Shown piece after piece: positions 29,942 to 39,077 of a stretch of 64,000 nt of DNA (position 1 is the stretch's first letter; each line of letters opens with the position of its first letter). The stretch comes from Bacteroidota bacterium (GTDB taxonomy: Bacteria; Bacteroidota; Bacteroidia; Bacteroidales; GCA-2748055). The stretch is taken from assembly GCA_043797815.1 (NCBI GenBank), contig JAZDPG010000004.1, positions 25,442 through 89,441 of the forward strand, given 5' to 3'. Both the position numbers and the translations under genes were made by a program. The notes under the pieces are model-generated. The model saw only the letters and a list, made by a program, of their open reading frames with translations. It ran no database searches and was not told where the DNA came from.

Positions 29942-32218
29942 ATGAAAAAATCCACTGCTCTGCTCTTATGTATGATCCTGGTTGCGCCGGCACAAAGCTC
30001 TGGACAATTTACCCTCATCATAGACAGCCTGCTTACTGAACTGGGGACCCGGACTACCGATTCAGCCCGCTGCCGGCTGATGCTGGAGATAGCCACCATC
30101 TATAAAACCACTGATACCATTTCTGCAATACAGTATCTGGAAGAGGGACGGCGCCTTGCAGATGAAGCAGAGGATAAAAACTGCCTGGGGCGCTACTACG
30201 AGATCAGGGGAGAGATGCATGCCCAGGCAGGGCTTTATGACCGCGCCATCATTGAGTATGACAGGGCCCTGAGTTCCTATAACGAAGCTGATAATGATAT
30301 TGGCTATTATGAGGCCCTGAAGGATAAAGGCAATGTATACCTTTTCAAGTCAGAGTACACCCAGGCCATGAGCTATTACGAAACAGCACTGGACTATTAC
30401 AGGAGAAACGGAATGGTCCAGGGAGCGAGCCGCTGCCTGAATAACATGGGGATCATTTATAAGAACAGGGGAGCGTATGTGGATGCACTTACCGTATATG
30501 ACGAATCCATCAAATTCTTGGATGAAGAAAAGGAACCCATGTTGGTTGCCCAGGGATACATCAACATGGGAAATGTGTTTGTATTTCTGGGAAGTTATGA
30601 AAGGGCACTTGAATATTTTGAAATGGCACTGGATATTTCAGAAAGGGAACAGAGCGAGAAGGAAATTGGTCTATGTCTTCTGAATTCTGGGGTGATACAG
30701 AATAAATGCGGCCATTTTGCAGAGGCAAATGACTTTTACGGTCGGGCGCTGTCACTCGGAAAAAGACTGGGGGACCCGGTAATGATCTCCAACAGTTTGA
30801 TCAATATCGGAACGAATTACGCTGAAATGGGCAGGCTTGGGGAGGGACTTGGGTATGTGGAACAGGGCATGAACATGAAAATTGAACTGGGGGATGAAAG
30901 GACCATTTCGAATTGCATCATCAACCTGGCTGAGATATACTATAAAAAAAAGGATTTCAACCGGGCCATTGAACTTTTCAATGAGGCCATTCCTGTCAAA
31001 GTGGAGCTGGGGGACCAGGAGGGTCTGGTGAGAAGCTACCTGGGTCTGGCCAGGGTAAATGCTGACCAGAGAAATTATCAGACTGCCGACTTCATGTCTG
31101 ATCAGGCACTTGCCATTGCCGTGGAGATCGGTTCGCTGGAGCATAAGGCTGTGGGCTATGGCCTTAAACAGAAGATCGCAGAAGCCAGGGGCGATTACCG
31201 CTCAGCATACCAATATGCCATGGAATATTACAGGACCAATGACAGCCTGATGGATGCAAGCACCACCAGAGCAGTCATGGAAATGGAGTTCAGGCACAGG
31301 TCAAAAGTACTTGAGAAGGAGAATGAAAACCTGCGTATCCAGTCAGGCCTCTCTTCAGAGCTGATGCAGAAGAAAAATGCATTGATGTACAGCATTGCCG
31401 GGATCGCCATCCTGTTGGCTGCAGCCATGCTGCTTGGCACTTATTTTCTGCGAAGGCTGAGATTCTCATCCCTCAAGCTGGAAGAAAAGAACCTGGTCAT
31501 CACAAAACAAAACCTGAAGCTAGATGCAATGAACCGGACCAAAGACCGGATGATGTCTATCATTGCCCACGATCTTCGGGGTACCATAGGCAACCAGTTG
31601 ACAGCCATTGAGGTGCTGCACCGTGTGGAAACTTCAAATCCACAGGGCATCGACAGGAAAAGGCTGCTCGGTAACCTGAAACATTCGGCTTCCTACTCTC
31701 TGGAATTGCTTGAAAATCTGCTGCACTGGTCGAGACTTGATGAAAACAGCAACTATTTTCATCCCGAGGAGATCAATCTGGGTGTGGTGGTTTCCGGCTG
31801 CATATCCTTGTTTGATGAGACGGCCCGTCAAAAAAATATAACCATGGTGCAAGAGGTTGACAAATCCATCAACATTCATGCAGACAGGATCATGCTTGAG
31901 ACCATTGTGAGAAACCTGCTGTCCAATTCCATAAAATTTTCTGAACCGGGCGGTTCCATCTCTGTTTCTGCGGTGGAAAATGATGGTGGCATTAATTTTG
32001 AAGTAACGGACCAGGGGATTGGAATGACCGGGGAACAAATCAACAAAGTCCTGCACAATGGGGGATACACCAAGAGAGGAACAGCCAATGAGAAGGGGGC
32101 TGGCATCGGAATGACGTTGGTCAGGGAATTTACCCACCTGCATAAGGGAGTACTCACCATTGAAAGTAAACCCGGTGAGGGTACAAGAATGAAAATCACT
32201 TTTCCCAAACTGATATGA
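29942..32218 (+). CDS. TPR-repeat sensor histidine kinase
   Basis: Signal peptide, long TPR array, one TM, H-box SIIAHDLRGT, and N and G boxes (GIGMT, GAGIGM). Confidence 0.8.
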   Translation: MKKSTALLLCMILVAPAQSSGQFTLIIDSLLTELGTRTTDSARCRLMLEIATIYKTTDTISAIQYLEEGRRLADEAEDKNCLGRYYEIRGEMHAQAGLYDRAIIEYDRALSSYNEADNDIGYYEALKDKGNVYLFKSEYTQAMSYYETALDYYRRNGMVQGASRCLNNMGIIYKNRGAYVDALTVYDESIKFLDEEKEPMLVAQGYINMGNVFVFLGSYERALEYFEMALDISEREQSEKEIGLCLLNSGVIQNKCGHFAEANDFYGRALSLGKRLGDPVMISNSLINIGTNYAEMGRLGEGLGYVEQGMNMKIELGDERTISNCIINLAEIYYKKKDFNRAIELFNEAIPVKVELGDQEGLVRSYLGLARVNADQRNYQTADFMSDQALAIAVEIGSLEHKAVGYGLKQKIAEARGDYRSAYQYAMEYYRTNDSLMDASTTRAVMEMEFRHRSKVLEKENENLRIQSGLSSELMQKKNALMYSIAGIAILLAAAMLLGTYFLRRLRFSSLKLEEKNLVITKQNLKLDAMNRTKDRMMSIIAHDLRGTIGNQLTAIEVLHRVETSNPQGIDRKRLLGNLKHSASYSLELLENLLHWSRLDENSNYFHPEEINLGVVVSGCISLFDETARQKNITMVQEVDKSINIHADRIMLETIVRNLLSNSIKFSEPGGSISVSAVENDGGINFEVTDQGIGMTGEQINKVLHNGGYTKRGTANEKGAGIGMTLVREFTHLHKGVLTIESKPGEGTRMKITFPKLI

Positions 32219-32219
32219 A

Positions 32220-34424
32220 ATGTCGGCTTTGAATAAATTCAGTGAGGAGTTTCAGAAAGAGATCCTTTCCAGCTACAGGGAGCTGATTCGTATCTGCAGG
32301 GAAACGTACGACCAGGAAGGAATAAAACTGATCCGAAAATCACTGGATTTTTTGATTGACCATGCACCCGGTGGTCAGACCAGCCCTGACCCGCATATGG
32401 TTATCCATGCCATTCAGCTGGCAAGCATGACAGTAAAAAAGCTTGGCCTTGATGCCTTGGGTGTATCATCGGTGTTGATGGTTCATTGCATTGAACAGGG
32501 CTCTGCTACCCTGAATGATGTGAAGCTTGCGTCGGGTGACCGCACAGCCGGTATTGTCGGGGAATTGCTTAAGATCAGCCATCTTGATACCAACACCACC
32601 AGCAGTCAGGCAGAGAACATGCGCAACCTGATTCTCACCCTGGCTACTGATTTCCGGGTTATCCTGGTGAAGATCGCAGAAAGGTTGTTCATGATGAGAA
32701 AAATGGTGAACCTGGATGAGAAGCAGCAGATAGCCCTTGCATGTGAAGCAAAGTATATATATTCACCTCTGGCACACAGGCTGGGCCTGTACAATGTGAT
32801 GTCGGAAATGGAAGACATCTCAATGAGCATTCTGGAGAAGGAGGCATACGAAGATATTGAGGCAAAACTGAAAGCCACCCACTCCAGAAGGAACCGGTTT
32901 ATCAGGGAATTTATCCAACCTATACAGGCGGATCTGGAAAAGGAGAAATTCAAGGTTGAGATCAAGGGGCGTCCCAAGGCCATCTCTTCCATCTGGAGAA
33001 AGATGAAAAAGCAGAAGGTGGAGTTTGAAGAGGTCTATGACAAATTTGCCATCCGGGTTATTATAGATACACCCCTGAAGCGGGAAAAAGCCGATTGCTG
33101 GAGAGCCTACTCCATCATCACCGACCACTACCAGCCCAATCCGGAGCGGCTGAGGGACTGGATTTCAGCACCCAAATCCAATGGGTACGAATCCCTTCAT
33201 ACCACTGTGGTTGTTCCCGGGGGCGATTGGGTGGAGGTACAGATCAGAACCCACAGGATGAATGAAATCGCTGAGAAAGGCCTTGCAGCCCACTGGAAAT
33301 ACAAAGGAATCAAAGGTCAGGACGGCATTGACCAGTGGATCAGCAAGGTACGCGAAGCACTGGAAAGTTCTGATGAGGATGCAAACAACTTGATTGAAGA
33401 CCTGAAACTCAGTCAGTTCAGCAAAGAGATCTTTGTATTCACCCCCAACGGAGATTTGAAAAAATTCCCTGAAAATTCAACGGTACTTGATTTTGCATTT
33501 GATATACATACCGATGTGGGTGCTTCCTGCGTGGGTGCAAAAGTAAATGGGAAAAATGTACCCATCCGCTACATCCTGAAAAACGGTGACAAAGTGGAAA
33601 TTCTTCGCTCCAAGAACCAGAAGCCCAAAATGGATTGGCTGAATGTGGTGGTCACCTCCAAAGCCAAAGGCAAAATCAGGCAGGCCCTGAAGGAGGACAA
33701 GCTCAAAGAGGCGGAACACGGGAAGGAGATACTGAAAAGAAGGTTGAGGAACTGGAAGGTGGAATTCGATGACAGCAGCATCAGGAAGGTCATACAACAT
33801 TACAAATACCGCGATGCCATCGATCTCTATTTTGATGTGGCCACTGAGAAGCTAGACTTGCTTCATATCAAGGAGTTGCTGACTACGGTGAAGAAACCGG
33901 CTGAGTCGAAGCCAGGGAAGATTGACGAAAATGCAGTGGAACGCATCGTCAGCAAGGCCCCGGTTGAAACCGGTGATTTCCTGATCATTGACGAAAAACT
34001 GGCCAATGTGGAGTACAAACTGGGGAGATGCTGCAACCCCATTCATGGTGATTCCATTTTTGGTTTTGTGACCATCAGCTCCGGTATTACCATCCACCGG
34101 AAGAACTGTCCCAATGCACAGCAATTGCTTTCAAGATATGCATACCGTGTGGTGAAGGCCCGCTGGAATGAGACGGAAAAAGGAAGCTCCTTCCCGGTGA
34201 CGCTGCAAATCACTGGAATGGATGACCTGGGAATCGTAAGCAATATTTCGGATGTAATCTCCAGAGACCTGCAGGTGAATATGCGTTCCATTTCCATTGA
34301 CTCAGGAGATGGAATGTTTGAAGGGAGCATTACCCTGTTTGTGAAGGATACCCAGAACCTGGAAGCCCTCATCCGCAAGCTCAAAAAGGTGAAGGGTGTG
34401 AACAGCATTCGCCGTATAAGTTAA
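32220..34424 (+). CDS. relA: RelA/SpoT-homolog bifunctional (p)ppGpp synthetase/hydrolase
   Basis: 734 aa. Synthetase motif SNGYESLHTTV, with TGS and ACT regions. Confidence 0.9.
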   Translation: MSALNKFSEEFQKEILSSYRELIRICRETYDQEGIKLIRKSLDFLIDHAPGGQTSPDPHMVIHAIQLASMTVKKLGLDALGVSSVLMVHCIEQGSATLNDVKLASGDRTAGIVGELLKISHLDTNTTSSQAENMRNLILTLATDFRVILVKIAERLFMMRKMVNLDEKQQIALACEAKYIYSPLAHRLGLYNVMSEMEDISMSILEKEAYEDIEAKLKATHSRRNRFIREFIQPIQADLEKEKFKVEIKGRPKAISSIWRKMKKQKVEFEEVYDKFAIRVIIDTPLKREKADCWRAYSIITDHYQPNPERLRDWISAPKSNGYESLHTTVVVPGGDWVEVQIRTHRMNEIAEKGLAAHWKYKGIKGQDGIDQWISKVREALESSDEDANNLIEDLKLSQFSKEIFVFTPNGDLKKFPENSTVLDFAFDIHTDVGASCVGAKVNGKNVPIRYILKNGDKVEILRSKNQKPKMDWLNVVVTSKAKGKIRQALKEDKLKEAEHGKEILKRRLRNWKVEFDDSSIRKVIQHYKYRDAIDLYFDVATEKLDLLHIKELLTTVKKPAESKPGKIDENAVERIVSKAPVETGDFLIIDEKLANVEYKLGRCCNPIHGDSIFGFVTISSGITIHRKNCPNAQQLLSRYAYRVVKARWNETEKGSSFPVTLQITGMDDLGIVSNISDVISRDLQVNMRSISIDSGDGMFEGSITLFVKDTQNLEALIRKLKKVKGVNSIRRIS

Positions 34425-34492
34425 AAGGTGCAAGGAGAAAGGAAAAAGTTGGAAGTATCCTTTCTTACCTTTTCCCTTGTCCCTTGTCCCTC
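34425..34492. terminator. imperfect purine-arm/pyrimidine-arm hairpin between convergent relA and dnaE2 (contains CCCTTGT x2)
   Basis: AAGGTGCAAGGAGAAAGGAAAAAG faces CTTTCTTACCTTTTCCCTTGTCCCTTGTCCCT. Several bulges and no clean T-run. Confidence 0.4.
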
Positions 34493-37456
34493 TCAGTACC
34501 TGGGGTCTGGTTGATAGGGGAGCTTGGCCATCTTCTCCACGGTCATGCCGGGAAATCCGAATTCCTCTGTGATTTCGCCATAGATCAGGTAAATGCCCTG
34601 GCCCTTATAGGGATACCGTTTCAGGGAGTCAGGAAAATTCACCACATCGAAGAATTCGCCCTCGGCATCCAGGAAGCATCCGAAATGCATCCATTGATGG
34701 TGTTTGGTACGCACATATTTGATGGTGACCAGGTTGCCCAGCATGCGTACCTTCCTGCCCAGGTGCTGCAGCATCTGGCGCGCCATGACCTTGCCCCGGA
34801 AGCTGGTCTGGAGAAGCTCGAAGGCCGGAATGGTAACGGAGAAGCCCAGCAGTTCCATCTCATCATAGCTGTTTTCCAGTGCGGTCTGCTCCAGTTCAGG
34901 AAGCCGGAACTCCCGCTTTTTAACGGGAAAAAGCTCTCGTATGGGATCTTTCTTCTTCTGGTTCCCCAGGATCAGGTGTGCATCCCACAACAATTCCTTC
35001 TTGCTTCTCCCTGTGAAACGGAAGGCATCGATCCGGATCAGGATGACCACTTGCTCCAGTCCGGCCGGGACCCGCTCCAGGAAATCCTCCAGGCTCTGAT
35101 AATCCCCGCGTTCGCTGCGCTCATCGATGATCATTACGGCCACCTGTTGTTCCAGGTTCTGCAGATGGATGAACCCGATGAAAATATCCTTGCCGGAGAT
35201 CGAAGTCTTGTACTCGCTGCGGTTGACACAGGGAAGGTTGATGGTGGCCCCCCACCGCCTGGCCTCATTGAAGTAGACCCAGGTCCGGTAGAAGCCTCCG
35301 AAATTATTGATCACGGCGGTCATGAATTCAAGCGGGTAGTGGACCTTCAGGTAGAGTGACTGAAAACTCTCCACGGCGAAGGAGGCGGAGTGTGCCTTGG
35401 AAAAGGAGTAACCGGCAAAGGAACTGATCTGTCGCCACACCTCCTGGGTGAGCTGATCGGAATAGCCGCGGTCGCGGCAGTTGTCAAAGAAGCGTTGGGC
35501 AATCTGGTCAAACTCCTTTCGGGAGCGGTATTTCCCGCTCATGGCACGCCGCAGCACATCCGCATCGGCCAGGTCAAGTCCTGCGAAGTGGTGGCAAACC
35601 TTGATCACATCTTCCTGGTAGACCATCACCCCGAAGGTCTCTTTCAGCTGTTCCTCCATGATGGGGTGGAGGTACTCAAAATCACCGGGTTGGTGAAAAC
35701 GGTGGATGTACTCGCGCATCATGCCCGACTGGGCCACCCCGGGCCGGATGATGGAGCTGGCCGCCACCAGGGAGCGGTAACTGTCGCATTTCAGTTTGGT
35801 AAGCAATCCGCGCATGGCCGGACTCTCGATATAGAAACAGCCGTTGGTCTCACCGGTTTTAAGCTGCTCCAGCACCGCCTTGTCCTTCTTGAATTCATCC
35901 ACCCGGTGTACATCCACCCGGATGCCCCTGTTGCGTTCGATGATCTCGGCGCTCTCCCTGATATGGCCGATGCCGCGCTGGCTGAGGATGTCCAGTTTCT
36001 CGAAACCCAGGGCTTCGGCCACATACATGTCAAACTGGGTGGTGGGAAAACCCTTGGGAGGCATATCCAGGGCCGTATAAGCAGTGAGCGGCTCTTCAGA
36101 GATCAGCACACCTCCTGCGTGAATGCTTCTCAGGTTGGGGAAATCCATCAGAAGGCTTCCCGCTTCAAAAATGCGCCGGGTGATGTGGTTTTCGTTCAAG
36201 GTGCTTTCGGGCTCCTTTACCAGCCGGTCGATCTCCTCCTTGGGAAGGCCGTACACCTTGCCCAGTTCCCTGAAAATGGACCGGTCGCGGAAAGTGGAGA
36301 TGGTCCCGATGAGCGCTGTATGTTTCCGCCCGTACCTTTTAAAAATATAGTCAAGCACCTCGTCACGCTCTTTCCAGGAGAAATCGATGTCAAAATCGGG
36401 GGGGCTGGTCCGCTTGGGATTGATGAAGCGCTCGAAGTAGAGGTCCAGGTCAATGGGGTCCACATCGGTGATGCGCAGGCAATAGGCCACAATGGAGTTG
36501 GCCCCGCTTCCCCTCCCCACGTGATAGAACCCGCGCGACATGGAGTAGCGGATCACATCCCAGGTAATCAGGAAATAGGAAGAGAAACCGAGCCGGTCGA
36601 TGATCTCCAGCTCATGTTTCACGCGCCGTTGCGCCTCTTTGTTCCGGGGTCCGTACCTGTATTCCATTCCCTCCCTGGCCAGTTTCTCCAGCAGGACCTT
36701 GTCGTCATGCCGTGTACCTGTAAATGTAAGCTTGTTTTTCACCGTGGTGAAGTCAAAATCCATCCAGCAATCTTTCACAATCCGCTCGCTGTTGGTCCTG
36801 ATCTCCGGATGGTCGTCATAGGCGCAGCGAAGCAGGTCGGGAGAGATCAATACCTCACTCTGATCAGCGAGATGCCGGGGTTTCAGCTGGCTCAGCAGAA
36901 TGTTGTGGTCGATGGCCCGCAGGTGCCGGTGCAGGGCATGGTCCCGCTCATGAAGGAAGGTCACCGGATGCCGTACCACCAATCTGGAAAGATCGGAACT
37001 CCACCGGGAACTCAGGATCCTGTTCACCTCTCCGGGACGCACCCCGATCACCTCCCCGTCCCGCATCTTCTTCCCGCGCCCCAGTTGTTCTTCCTTCCAG
37101 GGATTGTCCGAAAAATCATACATAAACCAGACATTCTCCAGGGGAGGCGCCCGGTCGGGGAGGGCAAGCCCCGATTCGTTGTGGTAGGACAAAAAGCCGT
37201 TCAGTTCCCTGAACCCTTTGGGGTTCCGGGCAATGCCCGTATAGAGGTGCCGGTCCCCGCTGCGGAACTCGATCCCGGCAATGGGCCGGATGCCATGCTC
37301 ATGGCAGGCCTTCACAAAATCCACCATCCCCATGGAGTTGTTGATGTCGGTAAGCGCCATGGCCTGGATGCCCAGTCTGGCCGCTTCCCCCACCAGGGTC
37401 TCCACTGCCATGGTCCCGTAGCGCAGGCTGTAGTATGAATGGTTGTTTAAATACAT
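34493..37456 (-). CDS. dnaE2: error-prone DNA polymerase III alpha-like subunit
   Basis: PHP start MYLNNHSYYSLRYG and Pol IIIa core motifs (GRGSGANS, FDIDF). 987 aa, downstream of a Y-family polymerase. Confidence 0.8.
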   Translation of the reverse strand: MYLNNHSYYSLRYGTMAVETLVGEAARLGIQAMALTDINNSMGMVDFVKACHEHGIRPIAGIEFRSGDRHLYTGIARNPKGFRELNGFLSYHNESGLALPDRAPPLENVWFMYDFSDNPWKEEQLGRGKKMRDGEVIGVRPGEVNRILSSRWSSDLSRLVVRHPVTFLHERDHALHRHLRAIDHNILLSQLKPRHLADQSEVLISPDLLRCAYDDHPEIRTNSERIVKDCWMDFDFTTVKNKLTFTGTRHDDKVLLEKLAREGMEYRYGPRNKEAQRRVKHELEIIDRLGFSSYFLITWDVIRYSMSRGFYHVGRGSGANSIVAYCLRITDVDPIDLDLYFERFINPKRTSPPDFDIDFSWKERDEVLDYIFKRYGRKHTALIGTISTFRDRSIFRELGKVYGLPKEEIDRLVKEPESTLNENHITRRIFEAGSLLMDFPNLRSIHAGGVLISEEPLTAYTALDMPPKGFPTTQFDMYVAEALGFEKLDILSQRGIGHIRESAEIIERNRGIRVDVHRVDEFKKDKAVLEQLKTGETNGCFYIESPAMRGLLTKLKCDSYRSLVAASSIIRPGVAQSGMMREYIHRFHQPGDFEYLHPIMEEQLKETFGVMVYQEDVIKVCHHFAGLDLADADVLRRAMSGKYRSRKEFDQIAQRFFDNCRDRGYSDQLTQEVWRQISSFAGYSFSKAHSASFAVESFQSLYLKVHYPLEFMTAVINNFGGFYRTWVYFNEARRWGATINLPCVNRSEYKTSISGKDIFIGFIHLQNLEQQVAVMIIDERSERGDYQSLEDFLERVPAGLEQVVILIRIDAFRFTGRSKKELLWDAHLILGNQKKKDPIRELFPVKKREFRLPELEQTALENSYDEMELLGFSVTIPAFELLQTSFRGKVMARQMLQHLGRKVRMLGNLVTIKYVRTKHHQWMHFGCFLDAEGEFFDVVNFPDSLKRYPYKGQGIYLIYGEITEEFGFPGMTVEKMAKLPYQPDPRY

Positions 37457-37472
37457 GCTCCCTTCATTCGCA

Positions 37473-37600
37473 TTAAGTGCCTAGTGCCCAGTACTTAGTG
37501 CCCAGTACTTAGTGCCTTGTTCGTTTTTACTGAGTACTGAGCACTAAGTACTGAGTACTGAGTACTGAGTACTGAGTACTGAGCACTGAGTACTGAGTAC
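37473..37600. repeat. heptanucleotide (AGTGCCY / AGTACTG) tandem arrays forming a long imperfect palindrome
   Basis: The left arm carries CAGTACTTAGTGC twice, and the right arm carries its exact complement GCACTAAGTACTG followed by about 8 units of CTGAGTA. It fills the dinB-dnaE2 intergenic gap. Confidence 0.85.
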
Positions 37601-38859
37601 TACCTGTACCAATACCTATATCGCCGGTTCTTCAGATTATCCACCTGCTGGCGCTCCTCGGGGGATGGAACCGCTTTTTTCTGATCCGATTGTTCCGTGC
37701 GCTCCTCCAGGTCACTGAGCTGTATGCCGCTGGCCCTTTTGACGGCATCTGATCCATAGCGCCTGCGCAGTTTATCCACGGCCAGGTAGAGGTGTACCAT
37801 TTCCGAAGTATCCTCGAACAGATTCAGCTGCTGCACACCACGGATCAGCCCGGAAAACCGGACCCCCACAAGTCTGATCAGCATGCGCCGCCGGTAAAGA
37901 CGGTCGAACAGCTCCTTTGCAACGGGCATCAGCACATGGTCAAAGGAGGTGTAGGGAACCCGTTTCTGGAGGGTGTGTGTATCGAAATTGGAGTAGCGGA
38001 TCTTCACAGTAACAATGGAGGTAAGCTTCTCCTCCTTGCGCAGCTGGAAAGCCAGTTTTTCCACCATGGAAATAAGCAGATCGTGTAACCCGGACACATC
38101 CATGGTATCGTGCTGGAAGGTTCTTTCACTTCCGACGGACTTCCTTTCGGAATACTGGACCACAGGAGTGGTGTCAATGCCATTGGCCTTTTTCCAGATC
38201 ACAACGCCATTTTTCCCCAGCAGGCTGTCCATCATCTCCATGGGAATCTGGCCCAGTGTGCCAATGGTGCCGATACCCATGGAACGAAGCAGGTGAAAGG
38301 TCTTGTTCCCGATCATGGGGATCTTCCGGATCGAAAGGGGGGAGAGGAAGGGTTTTACCTGCATGCCCGGGATCTCGATCTCACCATTGGGTTTGGCCTC
38401 ACCGGTGGCAATCTTGGATACGGTCTTGTTGATGGAAAGCCCGTAGGAGATGGGCAGGCCGGTCTCTTTCATGATACGCTGCCTCAGCTCATGGGTCCAC
38501 TGCATGCATCCGAAGAAGCGGTCCATCCCGGTGATATCCAGGTAGTGTTCATCGATGGAAGCCTTCTCATACACCGGTGCCTGTTCGGCAATAATATCAG
38601 TCACCATCCGGGAGTAGCGGCTGTAGGCATCCATATCTCCCCGGATCACAATGGCTTCACTGCAGAGCGATCGTGCCATCTTCATGGGCATGGCCGAATG
38701 CACACCAAACCGGCGGGCCTCATAACTGCAGCTTGAAACCACACCCCGGTCCGACATGCCCCCGATGATCACGGGCTTTCCCTCAAGCTTGCTGTTTGCC
38801 AGCCGCTCCACCGACACAAAGAAGGTGTCCAGGTCCAGATGTACGATGTTGCGTGTCAT
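37600..38859 (-). CDS. dinB: Y-family DNA polymerase IV (catalytic residues intact)
   Basis: HLDLDTFFVSVE and SIDEHYLD catalytic motifs. I prefer the start MTRNIVHLDLD (ATG 38859) over the track start 38940. Confidence 0.8.
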   Translation of the reverse strand: MTRNIVHLDLDTFFVSVERLANSKLEGKPVIIGGMSDRGVVSSCSYEARRFGVHSAMPMKMARSLCSEAIVIRGDMDAYSRYSRMVTDIIAEQAPVYEKASIDEHYLDITGMDRFFGCMQWTHELRQRIMKETGLPISYGLSINKTVSKIATGEAKPNGEIEIPGMQVKPFLSPLSIRKIPMIGNKTFHLLRSMGIGTIGTLGQIPMEMMDSLLGKNGVVIWKKANGIDTTPVVQYSERKSVGSERTFQHDTMDVSGLHDLLISMVEKLAFQLRKEEKLTSIVTVKIRYSNFDTHTLQKRVPYTSFDHVLMPVAKELFDRLYRRRMLIRLVGVRFSGLIRGVQQLNLFEDTSEMVHLYLAVDKLRRRYGSDAVKRASGIQLSDLEERTEQSDQKKAVPSPEERQQVDNLKNRRYRYWYR

Positions 38860-38940
38860 AACTCGCTGCGCTCGTGTTAGGATGCCCGCTGCGCGGGCGT
38901 TAGTATGCTTGCTTCGCAAGCGATAGTGGGTTAGCTTCAA

Positions 38941-38983
38941 ACCCTTAATAACTTAATAACCCAAACCCTTAATAACTTAATAA
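38941..38983. repeat. 19-nt direct repeat x2 (ACCCTTAATAACTTAATAA), each containing TTAATAAC-type sub-repeats
   Basis: Copies at 38941-38959 and 38965-38983, in the dinB/lexA-like divergent region. Confidence 0.85.
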
Positions 38984-38991
38984 TTTTTTCC

Positions 38992-39038
38992 TATATTTGA
39001 TTATATTATGATCAATAATATGATTACAATATAATCAA
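38992..39038 (+). promoter_or_regulatory. candidate -7 box (TATATTTG 38992-38999) overlapping an 11-bp perfect inverted repeat (candidate operator)
   Basis: TTGATTATATT (38997-39007) and AATATAATCAA (39028-39038) are exact reverse complements separated by 20 nt. Located between divergent dinB and the S24 repressor gene. Confidence 0.45.
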
Positions 39039-39077
39039 CCATTTTATTTCATGCAACAGTTAAAGGAGGATTTTAAC

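Noticed and set aside
35390-37438. 682-aa ORF on the plus strand, together with the 291-aa ORF at 34484-35359
   Set aside because: Both lie entirely antisense to dnaE2, which has clear PHP and Pol IIIa motifs. Their translations are low-complexity (Gly/Pro/Val/His-rich) with no motifs. Long antisense ORFs are expected in GC-rich coding DNA.
37473-37600. Heptamer arrays (also 41903-41965) as CRISPR arrays
   Set aside because: The period is 7 nt with no unique spacers, and no cas genes are in the window. These are simple tandem or palindromic repeats.
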